37,551 bases of DNA from a virus (Duplodnaviria > Caudoviricetes), in IMG/VR virus record IMGVR_UViG_3300011339_000561, positions 1 to 37,551 of that record; one strand, 5' to 3'. The notes below the pieces were generated by a model, which saw only the letters and a list, made by a program, of their open reading frames with translations, did no database searches and had not been told where the DNA came from. Below, piece by piece: positions 16,014-24,729 of the stretch (position 1 is its first letter; each line of letters opens with the position of its first letter). The position numbers and the translations under genes are program-made.

Positions 16014-16221
16014 TGAAGTTTATAAACTGATTGAAGACAACGGACTAACTTTGCATGGGGACATTGAACACTTTGCCGCCCTTGTAATCGCCAACCACCC
16101 ACCACAGCGCAAGCCGCTAACCATGGAACAACTTACTGATTTATTCCATGCTGATGGGGCTGATCCATTTGAGTTTGCCCGAGCCATCGAAGCCGCACAC
16201 GGAATTAAGGGGGAAGCATGA
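16003..16221 (+). CDS. Hypothetical protein
   Basis: QRKPLT...EFARAIEAAHGI C-terminus, recurrent in proteobacterial phage ORFs. Confidence 0.65.
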   Translation: MTSDEVYKLIEDNGLTLHGDIEHFAALVIANHPPQRKPLTMEQLTDLFHADGADPFEFARAIEAAHGIKGEA

Positions 16222-16430
16222 TCCACACTGACGAAGATGACGAATTCGCACGCATAGAGCACGAAAATGCCATGCGCCAAGGGCAACCCTACCACTACGA
16301 TCTTTTCGTGTCTGTATCGCAGCGCAATCAGGTTCTTGAAGAGGTTGCCAAGAAGTTCGATGCCATGCCCTTTGGGGACACTGCTGCCAGCTTCGCCAGG
16401 TTTGTCAGAGACATGAAAAAAAGCCCCTGA
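16218..16430 (+). CDS. Hypothetical protein
   Basis: ATGA overlap. RNQVLEEVA...GDTAASFARFVRDMK. Confidence 0.65.
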   Translation: MIHTDEDDEFARIEHENAMRQGQPYHYDLFVSVSQRNQVLEEVAKKFDAMPFGDTAASFARFVRDMKKSP

Positions 16431-16438
16431 CGGGGCTT
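16416..16438 (-). terminator. Intrinsic terminator downstream of the primase
   Basis: Minus strand AAGCCCC-gtca-GGGGCTT then a T run, just after the primase stop. Confidence 0.75.
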
Positions 16439-16440
16439 GA

Positions 16441-18915
16441 TCAATCCAGCAACTCAGCCCCGTGAACACGGGGTTTTTCTTTTCTGGACAGCCTGTAGAT
16501 TTCGTCAAGCTGGCGCTGTTTAGCATCAATGACAGCTTTACGGTGATCCTTGAACTGCACAGCCAACGCAGGGTTGATAGCCCATTGAGCATGGTGCTGG
16601 TTCTCCCGTGTGCCGTCATCCATTCGCATAACCCACCTGCCCTGCTCCAGTGGATACATCGCACCGTAGATCATCTGGTCTTGTTGCCACACGTTAACCT
16701 TCTCGATCTGGCGACGTGCTGACCGTTTGATCTCGGCCATGGTGATCGTTGACTCATCGGCGTGCTGGATGATGTAGTCACGCAACCAGGTGTCGAAGTT
16801 GGACGAGCCGCTAAGTTCGGCCAAGGCATAGCGATACGCAGGCACAACATAAGACTGAACCAACTGAATCACCCGCTGGGTCAGCTCTGCACTGACTGCC
16901 AAGCTAAAGGGTGATTCGATCAGGTGGAACATGAGAATCAAACGACCTGTTAAGCCTTCCAACTTACCGAAGGCCGTCATGAACGTATCGTCAGACTGAA
17001 GTAAACGCTCATCGTTTCTCTTGCTGTCGTACCAGTCTTGGAACTCTTGATAGACGGCCTTAGCCTCAGGACTCAATTGGTAAGTCATGGCAGGCAGGGC
17101 GAACACGATGCGCAGGGTCTGCTCCCACTGGTCTTTGTTCAGCAGGTAGTCGGGGATCTCCACGGGCTTTTTGGTCAGGTCACCGTTTAGGATACAGGGC
17201 ACAAAGCGCTGAACTAAACCGTCTGCTGACAAGTTGTGCAGGTTCTCACGGAACACACGAGGTTGGATGTTGCCGTAGATTGAAACAGCCAAGTTTTCAG
17301 CATAAATTGATCCACTGCCCACGCGATCCATCTCATAGGGCGATGACTCGTAAGCCTTGACCCATGCAGATCGATCCTCACCACTAGCCTTGTCGGTCAG
17401 CTTACGCACCCAACTATTCATCTCGTCTAAGGCACAGAGCAAACCACGGGGACGGTCGGCTGCCAAGCGCACAAGTTTTTGTGAAGTCACGTCATCCACG
17501 GTGATGCGAAGGGGCACGGGCTGGGGTGGCAGCTCATACACCGTTGGCGCTTGGCTGGTGTCCATCAGCGCATCGGGTGATGCTGAGAAGTCAAGGAATG
17601 CTTTTTTGCTTGATGCATACATGGCCTCTTGACCTTCCCAGTCGAGCATCTCTTTCTTGAACCGTGGGCGGTCTTCCATCTCAAGGTGTTTCAAGGGGGC
17701 CAGCATGGGGGCCGATCCTGGTGTCTTCTTGTCTGCCGGCGCACCGATGGTCATAAGCCACAGCACTGGGGGAACCTTAAAGTCTTTTATGAGTTCCAAC
17801 CGTGTGCGTGCATCGACAACACCACACACAGCGGCTAGCCCTGCGAACAAGGGAACCAAAGGATCGCAACCAACTGTCTGCCCAATCTCGTTGGCCCTGC
17901 GTGCTAAGACGGCAGGCCACAGAGATACGTCCATCATCGGTGGCCTTGGGCGCAGGTCAACGATGACTGACTTTGGGTCAGCGGGTGACTCCACTTGTGC
18001 GAACATTGTGGAAATGTCTGGCATAGGGCGCACCCATCCGTGTTGCTTGGCTATGTGAAAGAGTGATCCTAGTTTGACCGCTGTGGCCTTGTCATTGCGA
18101 AAGCTCACCCACTGATGAATGATCTGCGACTCGCCTGGATACTTGGCAGACGGCATCGACCAGTCGTTCCACAGTGTCAGGGCCTGCTCAAGCTGGTCTG
18201 TCTGCTCACCTGCCCACTTCAATGCCATGCCCACGGTAACCCACTCTTCACGAGAGCAGTCGGGGTTTATGGCTTCCAGCGCTGTGCGGATGTCTTCCCA
18301 TGACGCATCAACTGTCTCACCTGTGCCAATCGTGCGCTCTTTGTCCTGCGCCAGCAGGCTTTGCCACAGATCGAGCAGGGTCTGTGGGAGCACTGGTAAA
18401 CGTGTCCAGTGACCCTTGCCTGCCCAGCGGTAGGGCTGTTGTGTCTCTGGGTGAATAGATGGTGGCAGGACATCCTGCACCGTGAGATTATTGGCCGTGG
18501 CGCAGCGCAGCTCGTATGCTGTCACGCCGTTGATCAGGATCTTTTTAGACGGCAGCGTCAGGCCAAAGGGCATGTTGAACAAAAGTTTGCCGTGACCAGC
18601 CCTGCCCGAGTCCACGATGACAGCATCATTAGCATCATACAACGCTTGAAGATCGATTCCGTGTTGCTTAAGGGCAACAGTGGTGCTGTCCCACTCGTCA
18701 ATGTCTAGCGCCATGGTGCCTGAATAGGCGTGAGCCAGACCAATACCAAAGCCCTGAGGCAAGTCACCCTGTGCCTTCAGAGCGTTAGGTTTAAGGTTCC
18801 AGCCTGGGGTGCGGGGGCCTTTTGTGCCAGAGGGGATGGGCACAAGTGACCAGCCGTGTCTGATGTACGCATCAACTGATGCAGGGTGTTGTTGTACTTG
18901 TGGTGCTGTGCTCAT
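16441..18915 (-). CDS. Bifunctional primase-polymerase with PriCT-2 and DUF3987 (helicase-like) domains; probable start 18915
   Basis: YIRHGWSLVPI...KGP...ALDID (Prim-Pol), REEWVTVGMAL...WNDWS (PriCT-2), GAPADKKTP and DEMNSW (DUF3987 ATPase-like). Confidence 0.85.
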   Translation of the reverse strand: MSTAPQVQQHPASVDAYIRHGWSLVPIPSGTKGPRTPGWNLKPNALKAQGDLPQGFGIGLAHAYSGTMALDIDEWDSTTVALKQHGIDLQALYDANDAVIVDSGRAGHGKLLFNMPFGLTLPSKKILINGVTAYELRCATANNLTVQDVLPPSIHPETQQPYRWAGKGHWTRLPVLPQTLLDLWQSLLAQDKERTIGTGETVDASWEDIRTALEAINPDCSREEWVTVGMALKWAGEQTDQLEQALTLWNDWSMPSAKYPGESQIIHQWVSFRNDKATAVKLGSLFHIAKQHGWVRPMPDISTMFAQVESPADPKSVIVDLRPRPPMMDVSLWPAVLARRANEIGQTVGCDPLVPLFAGLAAVCGVVDARTRLELIKDFKVPPVLWLMTIGAPADKKTPGSAPMLAPLKHLEMEDRPRFKKEMLDWEGQEAMYASSKKAFLDFSASPDALMDTSQAPTVYELPPQPVPLRITVDDVTSQKLVRLAADRPRGLLCALDEMNSWVRKLTDKASGEDRSAWVKAYESSPYEMDRVGSGSIYAENLAVSIYGNIQPRVFRENLHNLSADGLVQRFVPCILNGDLTKKPVEIPDYLLNKDQWEQTLRIVFALPAMTYQLSPEAKAVYQEFQDWYDSKRNDERLLQSDDTFMTAFGKLEGLTGRLILMFHLIESPFSLAVSAELTQRVIQLVQSYVVPAYRYALAELSGSSNFDTWLRDYIIQHADESTITMAEIKRSARRQIEKVNVWQQDQMIYGAMYPLEQGRWVMRMDDGTRENQHHAQWAINPALAVQFKDHRKAVIDAKQRQLDEIYRLSRKEKPRVHGAELLD

Positions 18916-18970
18916 ATAATCGTTTCTGACAATGCAGTTGTCACTTGCTTCATGAATTGAATCTCCTTTT

Positions 18971-19003
18971 AGCCCCGGTCTAACCACTGGGGCTTTTTCT
19001 TTT
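18971..19003 (+). terminator. Hairpin with T-tract (plus-strand terminator; on the minus strand it abuts the AAGGAG RBS)
   Basis: AGCCCCGGT-ctaacc-ACTGGGGCT then TTTTCTTTT. Confidence 0.6.
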
Positions 19004-19024
19004 GCTAAAAATATTTTTGTACAT

Positions 19025-19064
19025 GTTGCACAGTGTACATCAACTGTGATACACTTTGTGCAAC
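19025..19064. promoter_or_regulatory. Dyad containing overlapping divergent promoter elements
   Basis: GTTGCACA...TGTGCAAC arms. Plus strand TTGCAC-18-TACACT with TGn extension. Confidence 0.55.
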
Positions 19065-19081
19065 TGATCAGGAAATAATTT

Positions 19082-19279
19082 ATGGCAACCAAACCTTTAA
19101 CCAAGTTTTTGACCGTTAGGCTCACGCCTAATGATCACAAAGCATTTCACCGAAAGGCAGACAGATACGGCAAGCCGTCAGATGTCCTTCGTGAAATAGT
19201 GCAAGCGTTCAATTCTGACCGCCTTGTAATTCAACCCCCTGTAATTGAAAAGGAATCGTTATATGTCACTGGAAAATAA
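19082..19279 (+). CDS. Ribbon-helix-helix (Arc/CopG-like) regulator
   Basis: FLTVRLT beta-ribbon followed by two helices (SDVLREIV). Confidence 0.6.
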   Translation: MATKPLTKFLTVRLTPNDHKAFHRKADRYGKPSDVLREIVQAFNSDRLVIQPPVIEKESLYVTGK

Positions 19280-19673
19280 AATTGAAGCGCTGACCGCCGC
19301 CGTTATCGCCCTCACCGCCAAACTCGAGTCGAGCAATGTAGCACCAGCCGCACCCGTTGCACCAGCACCCGCCCCTGTGGTAGAAGTTGCCCCAGTGGTG
19401 GCCGCCCCCGCTCCCGTGGTTGCCGCTCCAGCCATGCCTGCACCTCCCGCTTTTGTAGCCCCTGCGCCAGCTCCAGCACCAGTGGCCGGCGGCGCACCGT
19501 TCTCTGACGGCAAGGGCCTGATCGACTATGTCATGAGCGCATACAAAGCCTTGGGCGCTGCCAAGGGTGCTCAGATCCAGAACGTGTTGGTAAGCCTCGG
19601 TTACCAGAACATCAACGATGTGAAGCCCGAGCACTACGGTGCGTTGTTTGCTGGTGTTGAGGCACTCAAGTGA
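19263..19673 (+). CDS. Pro/Ala-rich hypothetical protein
   Basis: AAAGGAA RBS before ATG 19263. APAP linker, typical neighbour of DUF2800. Confidence 0.7.
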   Translation: MSLENKIEALTAAVIALTAKLESSNVAPAAPVAPAPAPVVEVAPVVAAPAPVVAAPAMPAPPAFVAPAPAPAPVAGGAPFSDGKGLIDYVMSAYKALGAAKGAQIQNVLVSLGYQNINDVKPEHYGALFAGVEALK

Positions 19674-20965
19674 GCGATCACGCCAAGCTGTCCCCATCGA
19701 AGCGCAACCGCTGGGCCTTGTGCCCTGGTAGCATTCGAGAGGAGGCCAAGTATCCTGAGCAGGAAAGTGGCCCGGCTGCCGTTGACGGTACGCACAGCCA
19801 CACCCTGCTTGAGAAATGCATTGACCAAGATGTCAACGCACAACACTTCGTTGGCCAAAATCTCTTTGACCATGAGGGACAGTTCAAGGTTGACGCTGAC
19901 CGTGCCAAACGTGTGCAGATCGCACTGGATTACATCGCCAAACGGAAAGCCGAAGAAGGCACGCCCTTCTTTATCCCTAAGGTGCTCAGTGAAACCCGTG
20001 TTGACCCTGCGCACTTACTAGGTCGCAACGACTTGTCTGGCACAGTGGACGTTCAAATCGAGTGTTATGACACACTGGAACTGATCGACTATAAAGATGG
20101 TATGGGTGTCGTTAGCGCTGAAGGTAACTTGCAGCTTGAGCAGTACGCTTATGGTGTATTGGCAGGCTACAAGCTGCCCGTTAACGGCCCCTATCCCTTT
20201 GACAAAGTTCGCATGACGATCATCCAGCCTAAGCTGGCACTGCGCGGTATGAATCCAATCACATCGCACACTGTGACTGTTGCCGAATTGCTTGCAAACA
20301 TGGGTACAATCATCGTTCAAGCTGCCGCAACTGACAAACCAGATGCACCGCTTGTACCGGGTGAAAGTCAATGTAAATTCTGCCGTGCTAAGGGTTCATG
20401 CTCTGCGCTGGCAAGTAACGTAATGAAGGAAGTAGGAATCATGTTCCATCCTGTAATGCAAACACTCGATGTCGCGCAGCAAAGCGCTGACAAAGATCCA
20501 TCTACGATGGACGATGCCCAGATCCGTCAGATCATGGAAGCCGCTCCCCTTATGCGCCAGCTCCTCGAAGGTGTGGAGAAGGAAGCCCTGCGCCGTCTTG
20601 AGGCAGGTCAGTCCATCCCAGGCTTGAAGCTGGTCAATGGCCGTGGCTCTCGTGCCTGGGCACTACCTGAAGAAGAGATGGCCGAGAAGCTCGTAAAGAT
20701 GGGCATCCCTAAAGGCGCGATCTATGAAACCAAACTCGTCACCCCCGCTAAAGCTGAGAAGCTGACGTGGGACAAGAAGGACGGCACAAAGGTTCAGCTT
20801 ACCGACCGACAGCTTGCCCGCATGGAGCAGGAATATGTGGTCAAGATGGCTGGCAAACTGACTGTCGTTCCCGAATCTGATAGCCGTCAGGCTGTCGTAA
20901 TGAATGCTGCGCCGCTGTTTAGCGCAGTTGAAACCCCCGCCGAGCTTCCCGCTTGGCTTTCGTAA
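19670..20965 (+). CDS. DUF2800 Cas4-like PD-(D/E)XK exonuclease
   Basis: HAKLSPS..RWALCPGS, GTHSH, GTVD...LIDYKDG, QLEQYA and QCKFCRAKGSC. Confidence 0.9.
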   Translation: MSDHAKLSPSKRNRWALCPGSIREEAKYPEQESGPAAVDGTHSHTLLEKCIDQDVNAQHFVGQNLFDHEGQFKVDADRAKRVQIALDYIAKRKAEEGTPFFIPKVLSETRVDPAHLLGRNDLSGTVDVQIECYDTLELIDYKDGMGVVSAEGNLQLEQYAYGVLAGYKLPVNGPYPFDKVRMTIIQPKLALRGMNPITSHTVTVAELLANMGTIIVQAAATDKPDAPLVPGESQCKFCRAKGSCSALASNVMKEVGIMFHPVMQTLDVAQQSADKDPSTMDDAQIRQIMEAAPLMRQLLEGVEKEALRRLEAGQSIPGLKLVNGRGSRAWALPEEEMAEKLVKMGIPKGAIYETKLVTPAKAEKLTWDKKDGTKVQLTDRQLARMEQEYVVKMAGKLTVVPESDSRQAVVMNAAPLFSAVETPAELPAWLS

Positions 20966-20983
20966 ATCAATGGAGTAATTGTT

Positions 20984-21664
20984 ATGTCCGATATTATCTT
21001 TTTGTCAAATGTCCGTTTGTCTTTTCCCCATCTCGCAGAACCCCAACGCCAGGTTAACGAAGCCACAGGTAAAGAGCGAATCTCTTACAACTGTGAGTTC
21101 TTGATGCCGCAGGATCATGCTGGGTTCCAGCAGTTCATGGCACGCTACGGTGCGATGGCACTGGAAAAGTGGAAAGAGCACGCCCAGACCGTCATGGGCA
21201 TGATCCAGAACGATCGTAAGTTGCGTTGCTTTGGTCGTGGTGAGGAAAAGGTCAACAAGAAGACTTTCCAGCCTTATGACGGCTACGCTGGCAACGTGTT
21301 CATCACTGCTGGCCGTGATTCTGCACCGCAGATGATTCAAGCCGATGGCTCACCTGTTGATCCTGCCAACACCATGGCGTTTCAGCAGTTGGCCCGCAAA
21401 ATGTACGGTGGCTGCCGAGTCAATGCCGCCGTCAAACCCTGGTTGCAAGAGAACAAACATGGCCGTGGCATCCGCTGCGACTTGATCGCTGTTCAATTTG
21501 CTGGTGACGATACTGCATTCGGTGAAGGAGCCGTTGATGCGTCTAACTTGTTTGGTGCGGTTGCGACTGCTCCGGCTGGAATGTTCGGTGCTGCGCCTCA
21601 AGGTGCGCCTGCGATGCCTAGTGCGCCGTTTGCGGGCCTCCCTTCGTTCTTAGGCGGTCAATAA
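20984..21664 (+). CDS. DUF2815 single-stranded DNA-binding protein
   Basis: NVRLSFPHL...YGGCRVNA...GIRCDLIAVQFAGDDTAFG. Confidence 0.88.
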   Translation: MSDIIFLSNVRLSFPHLAEPQRQVNEATGKERISYNCEFLMPQDHAGFQQFMARYGAMALEKWKEHAQTVMGMIQNDRKLRCFGRGEEKVNKKTFQPYDGYAGNVFITAGRDSAPQMIQADGSPVDPANTMAFQQLARKMYGGCRVNAAVKPWLQENKHGRGIRCDLIAVQFAGDDTAFGEGAVDASNLFGAVATAPAGMFGAAPQGAPAMPSAPFAGLPSFLGGQ

Positions 21665-21756
21665 GAATCGGGGCCGAATTCGGTGTCGGACTTCGGGAGT
21701 TCTCGATGATGATCAGCCGTAGCCGTTAGTAGGCCCCACCCAACTTGGTAACTGTA

Positions 21757-23634
21757 ATGAGTAATGATTATGTGTATGACATCGAAACCTACCCCAACGT
21801 CTTCACGTTGGCGGTGGAGCACGCAGAAGCACCGTTATGCTGGTCTTTTGAGATTAGCCAGTGGCGCAACGACTCCAAAGAAATTATCGCGTTTCTCCAG
21901 TATCTCAAGGATACGAACGCACGCATGGTCGGGTTCAATAACTTGGGGTTCGACTATCCCGTCCTGCATACGCTGATCCGCATGGGGCACTCTGATGCCG
22001 ACACCCTGTATCAAAAAGCCATGGCCATCATCCATTCGCAAGATGACGGTGAAGGCGGCAAATGGATGCACCAGGTCAACCCGAGTGACCGATACGTTGA
22101 GCAAATCGATCTGTTTAAGATCCACCACTTTGACAACAAGGCACGGGCGACTAGCCTCAAGATGCTTGAGTTCAATATGCGCTCAGACACGATTGAGGAT
22201 CTGCCGTTCCCCGTAGGCACGGCGCTGGGTCAGCAACAGATCGTGACGCTCAAGTCCTACAACGCCAAAGACGTGCGGGAAACCAAGGCGTTCTATCACA
22301 AGTCGCTGGACATGATCCGGTTCCGCGAAGAGCTGACGGCCAAGTACAACCGTGACTTTATGAATCACAACGACACCAAGATCGGCAAAGACTACTTCGT
22401 CATGAAGCTGGAAGAAGCCGGTGTCGCCTGCTATGACTTTGGCTCCAAGGGTCGCACACCCCGCCAGACTCCACGCCCATCGATTGAGCTTAAAGACGCC
22501 ATCCTGCCGTGGATTCAATTTGAATCACCCGAGTTCAACCGTGTGCTCAACTGGTTAAAAGAGCAGACAATCACGGAAACCAAGGGGGTGTTCAATGATC
22601 TTATCGCTCGTGTTCATGGGTTCGATTTTGTTTTTGGCCTTGGCGGTATTCATGGATCTATCGAGTCGGAAGTGGTCGAATCGGATGCTGATCATGTCAT
22701 TGTTGATTTGGACGTTACCTCTTATTATCCAAATCTGGCAATCACTAACGGATTTCATCCTGCTCATTTGGGTAAAGACTTTGTAAGTATTTACAAGCAC
22801 CTGTTCGAGCAGCGCAAAACATACCCCAAGAAGTCAGCCGAGTCAGCGATGCTGAAGCTGGCGCTCAACGGTGTCTACGGCGACAGCAACAGCCGCTTTA
22901 GTGTGTTCTATGACCCACTGTTCACCATGTCCATCACGCTCAACGGTCAGCTCCTGCTGTGCCTGCTGGCCGAAGGACTGATGCACATTGAAGGGCTTCG
23001 CTTGATCCAAGTGAACACTGACGGCCTGACGGTGCGTGTGCCCAGGGCGAACAAGTGGCTGGTGGATGTGGCCCGCGCCGCATGGCAAGGGCGCACCGGA
23101 TTGAACCTTGAAGAAGCCATCTACAAGACCATGATGATCCGTGATGTGAACAACTACATCGGCGTGTTTGATCCGGCATTTGTCAAGCCTAATGATCCCA
23201 CTGTCAAGCGCAAGGGTGCTTACGAGTGGAATGCCCTGTGGCATCAAAACGCCGGCGGCTTGGTGATCCCCAAGGTGGCCGAGAAGGTTCTTACCGAGGG
23301 CGCACCGATCCGCGAGACGCTGCACAACTGGCCAGACATCATGGACTTTATGCTTCGCACCAAAGTGCCACGGTCTAGCCACCTAGCGATTGAGCGTGAC
23401 GGCGTCACGTCCCAGTTGCAGAACATCACACGTTATTACATCGCCGAGGGTGGTGGAAAACTGTTCAAGTGGATGCCCCCGCTTGCCAAGAATCCTGGCC
23501 AGTGGCGAAAGATCGGTGTCGAGGTCGGCTGGGGTGTCCAGCCTTGCAATGACATCAAAGATGCTGGCAAGTTGCCAGTTGATTTTGACTATTACGTTCA
23601 AGAAGTGGAGAAATTATGTCTGGGTCTAGCTTAA
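21757..23634 (+). CDS. Family B DNA polymerase with 3'-5' exonuclease
   Basis: ExoI YDIETY, ExoII FNNLGFD, ExoIII YNAKDV. Polymerase motifs DVTSYYP, KLALNGVYG and NTDG. Confidence 0.9.
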   Translation: MSNDYVYDIETYPNVFTLAVEHAEAPLCWSFEISQWRNDSKEIIAFLQYLKDTNARMVGFNNLGFDYPVLHTLIRMGHSDADTLYQKAMAIIHSQDDGEGGKWMHQVNPSDRYVEQIDLFKIHHFDNKARATSLKMLEFNMRSDTIEDLPFPVGTALGQQQIVTLKSYNAKDVRETKAFYHKSLDMIRFREELTAKYNRDFMNHNDTKIGKDYFVMKLEEAGVACYDFGSKGRTPRQTPRPSIELKDAILPWIQFESPEFNRVLNWLKEQTITETKGVFNDLIARVHGFDFVFGLGGIHGSIESEVVESDADHVIVDLDVTSYYPNLAITNGFHPAHLGKDFVSIYKHLFEQRKTYPKKSAESAMLKLALNGVYGDSNSRFSVFYDPLFTMSITLNGQLLLCLLAEGLMHIEGLRLIQVNTDGLTVRVPRANKWLVDVARAAWQGRTGLNLEEAIYKTMMIRDVNNYIGVFDPAFVKPNDPTVKRKGAYEWNALWHQNAGGLVIPKVAEKVLTEGAPIRETLHNWPDIMDFMLRTKVPRSSHLAIERDGVTSQLQNITRYYIAEGGGKLFKWMPPLAKNPGQWRKIGVEVGWGVQPCNDIKDAGKLPVDFDYYVQEVEKLCLGLA

Positions 23635-23846
23635 ACAAACAAGAAGGTGGCAGCCACTACAAGGATCTGCCGATTCAACCAGTCGAGTACATCTATGCCA
23701 ATGCACTGGGGTACTTTGAAGGCAACGTGGTCAAGTACGTTACCCGCTGGCGCAAGAAGAACGGCATCGCTGATCTGCTTAAGGCCAAGCACTACATCGA
23801 GTTGCTGATCGAGTTGGAAAACCGAAAAGCCGATTCCGAGTGCTGA
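23616..23846 (+). CDS. DUF3310 protein (T7 gp1.7-like nucleotide kinase family)
   Basis: GGSHYK...QPVEYI...GNVVKYVTRW..KNG..DL.KA.HY. Confidence 0.85.
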   Translation: MSGSSLNKQEGGSHYKDLPIQPVEYIYANALGYFEGNVVKYVTRWRKKNGIADLLKAKHYIELLIELENRKADSEC

Positions 23847-23847
23847 G

Positions 23848-24132
23848 ATGTTAGAGAAAGACATTGAAGCCAGAGTCTGTGAATACGCCCGTTCCAAAGG
23901 TGTGCTTGCGTACAAATTTACCAGCCCCGCACGGGCTGCTGTGCCTGACCGTCTGTTCATCGCACCAGATGGCCGTGTGTGGTTCTGTGAATTCAAACGA
24001 GGTGGTCAGAAGCCAACTCCTGCGCAAGAGCGAGAACACGCCAAGCTCCGCGCCCAAAAAGTAAATGTATTTGTAATTGATAACGTAATCGAGGGTAAAA
24101 CAATGATTGATGTAATGGTGATGGGATGCTAA
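23848..24132 (+). CDS. VRR-NUC domain nuclease
   Basis: LEKDIE...VPDRL...FCEFKR..QKPTPAQ. Confidence 0.88.
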   Translation: MLEKDIEARVCEYARSKGVLAYKFTSPARAAVPDRLFIAPDGRVWFCEFKRGGQKPTPAQEREHAKLRAQKVNVFVIDNVIEGKTMIDVMVMGC

Positions 24133-24729
24133 AAGTACTTGTGGCTTGTGAGTACAGCGGTCGAGTACGGGATGCGTTTGCAAAGATGGGCCACTTTGCA
24201 ATGTCCTGTGATTTACTGCCAACGGATGCACCGGGGTTGCATTATCAAGGTGACATATTTGATGTGATTGACCAAGGTTGGGATTTGCTAATCGCTCACC
24301 CTCCTTGCACATATCTTACAAACTCCGGTGTTTGCTGGTTGCATAAAGACCCATCACGCTGGGCATTGCTTGATGAAGGTGCAGCGTTTTTTAAAGCACT
24401 GATGGAATGTTCAATCCCTCGTAAGTGCATTGAAAATCCAATTCAGCATAAATACGCTAGAGAACGCATCGGTCGAAAACAAAGCCAAGTTATTCAACCT
24501 TGGATGTTTGGCTATATGGAACAAAAAGCCACTTGTCTTTGGCTTGAAGGGCTTCCTTTGTTGCAACCTACCAACAATGTCAAAGATGAAATGATGCGGT
24601 TGCCGAAGAGAGAGAGAGAGGTTGCATTACCTTCCTCCGTCTGCCGACAGATGGAAACTCCGAAGCACGACCTATCAAGGTATTGCAGACGCAATGGCCG
24701 CTCAGTGGGGGTTAAATGCTGACTCCTGA
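24126..24729 (+). pseudogene. C5-cytosine DNA methyltransferase, frameshifted at (AG)7 (24607-24620)
   Basis: VLVACEYSGRVRDAF, HPPCT and ENP motifs. The expected C-terminus RLHYLPPSADRWKLRSTTYQGIADAMAAQWG lies in another frame ending at TGA 24727-24729. Confidence 0.8.

Noticed and set aside
18916-19125. 894-aa primase starting at 19125
   Set aside because: The extension crosses a hairpin, the divergent promoter and the opposite-strand RHH gene. The Prim-Pol domain begins just after 18915.
19340-19500. GCACC-rich repeats
   Set aside because: Explained by the Pro/Ala linker coding sequence.
19670-20965. Cas4 as evidence of a CRISPR system
   Set aside because: DUF2800 Cas4-like nucleases are routine in phage replication modules, and there is no array or cas1/cas2.
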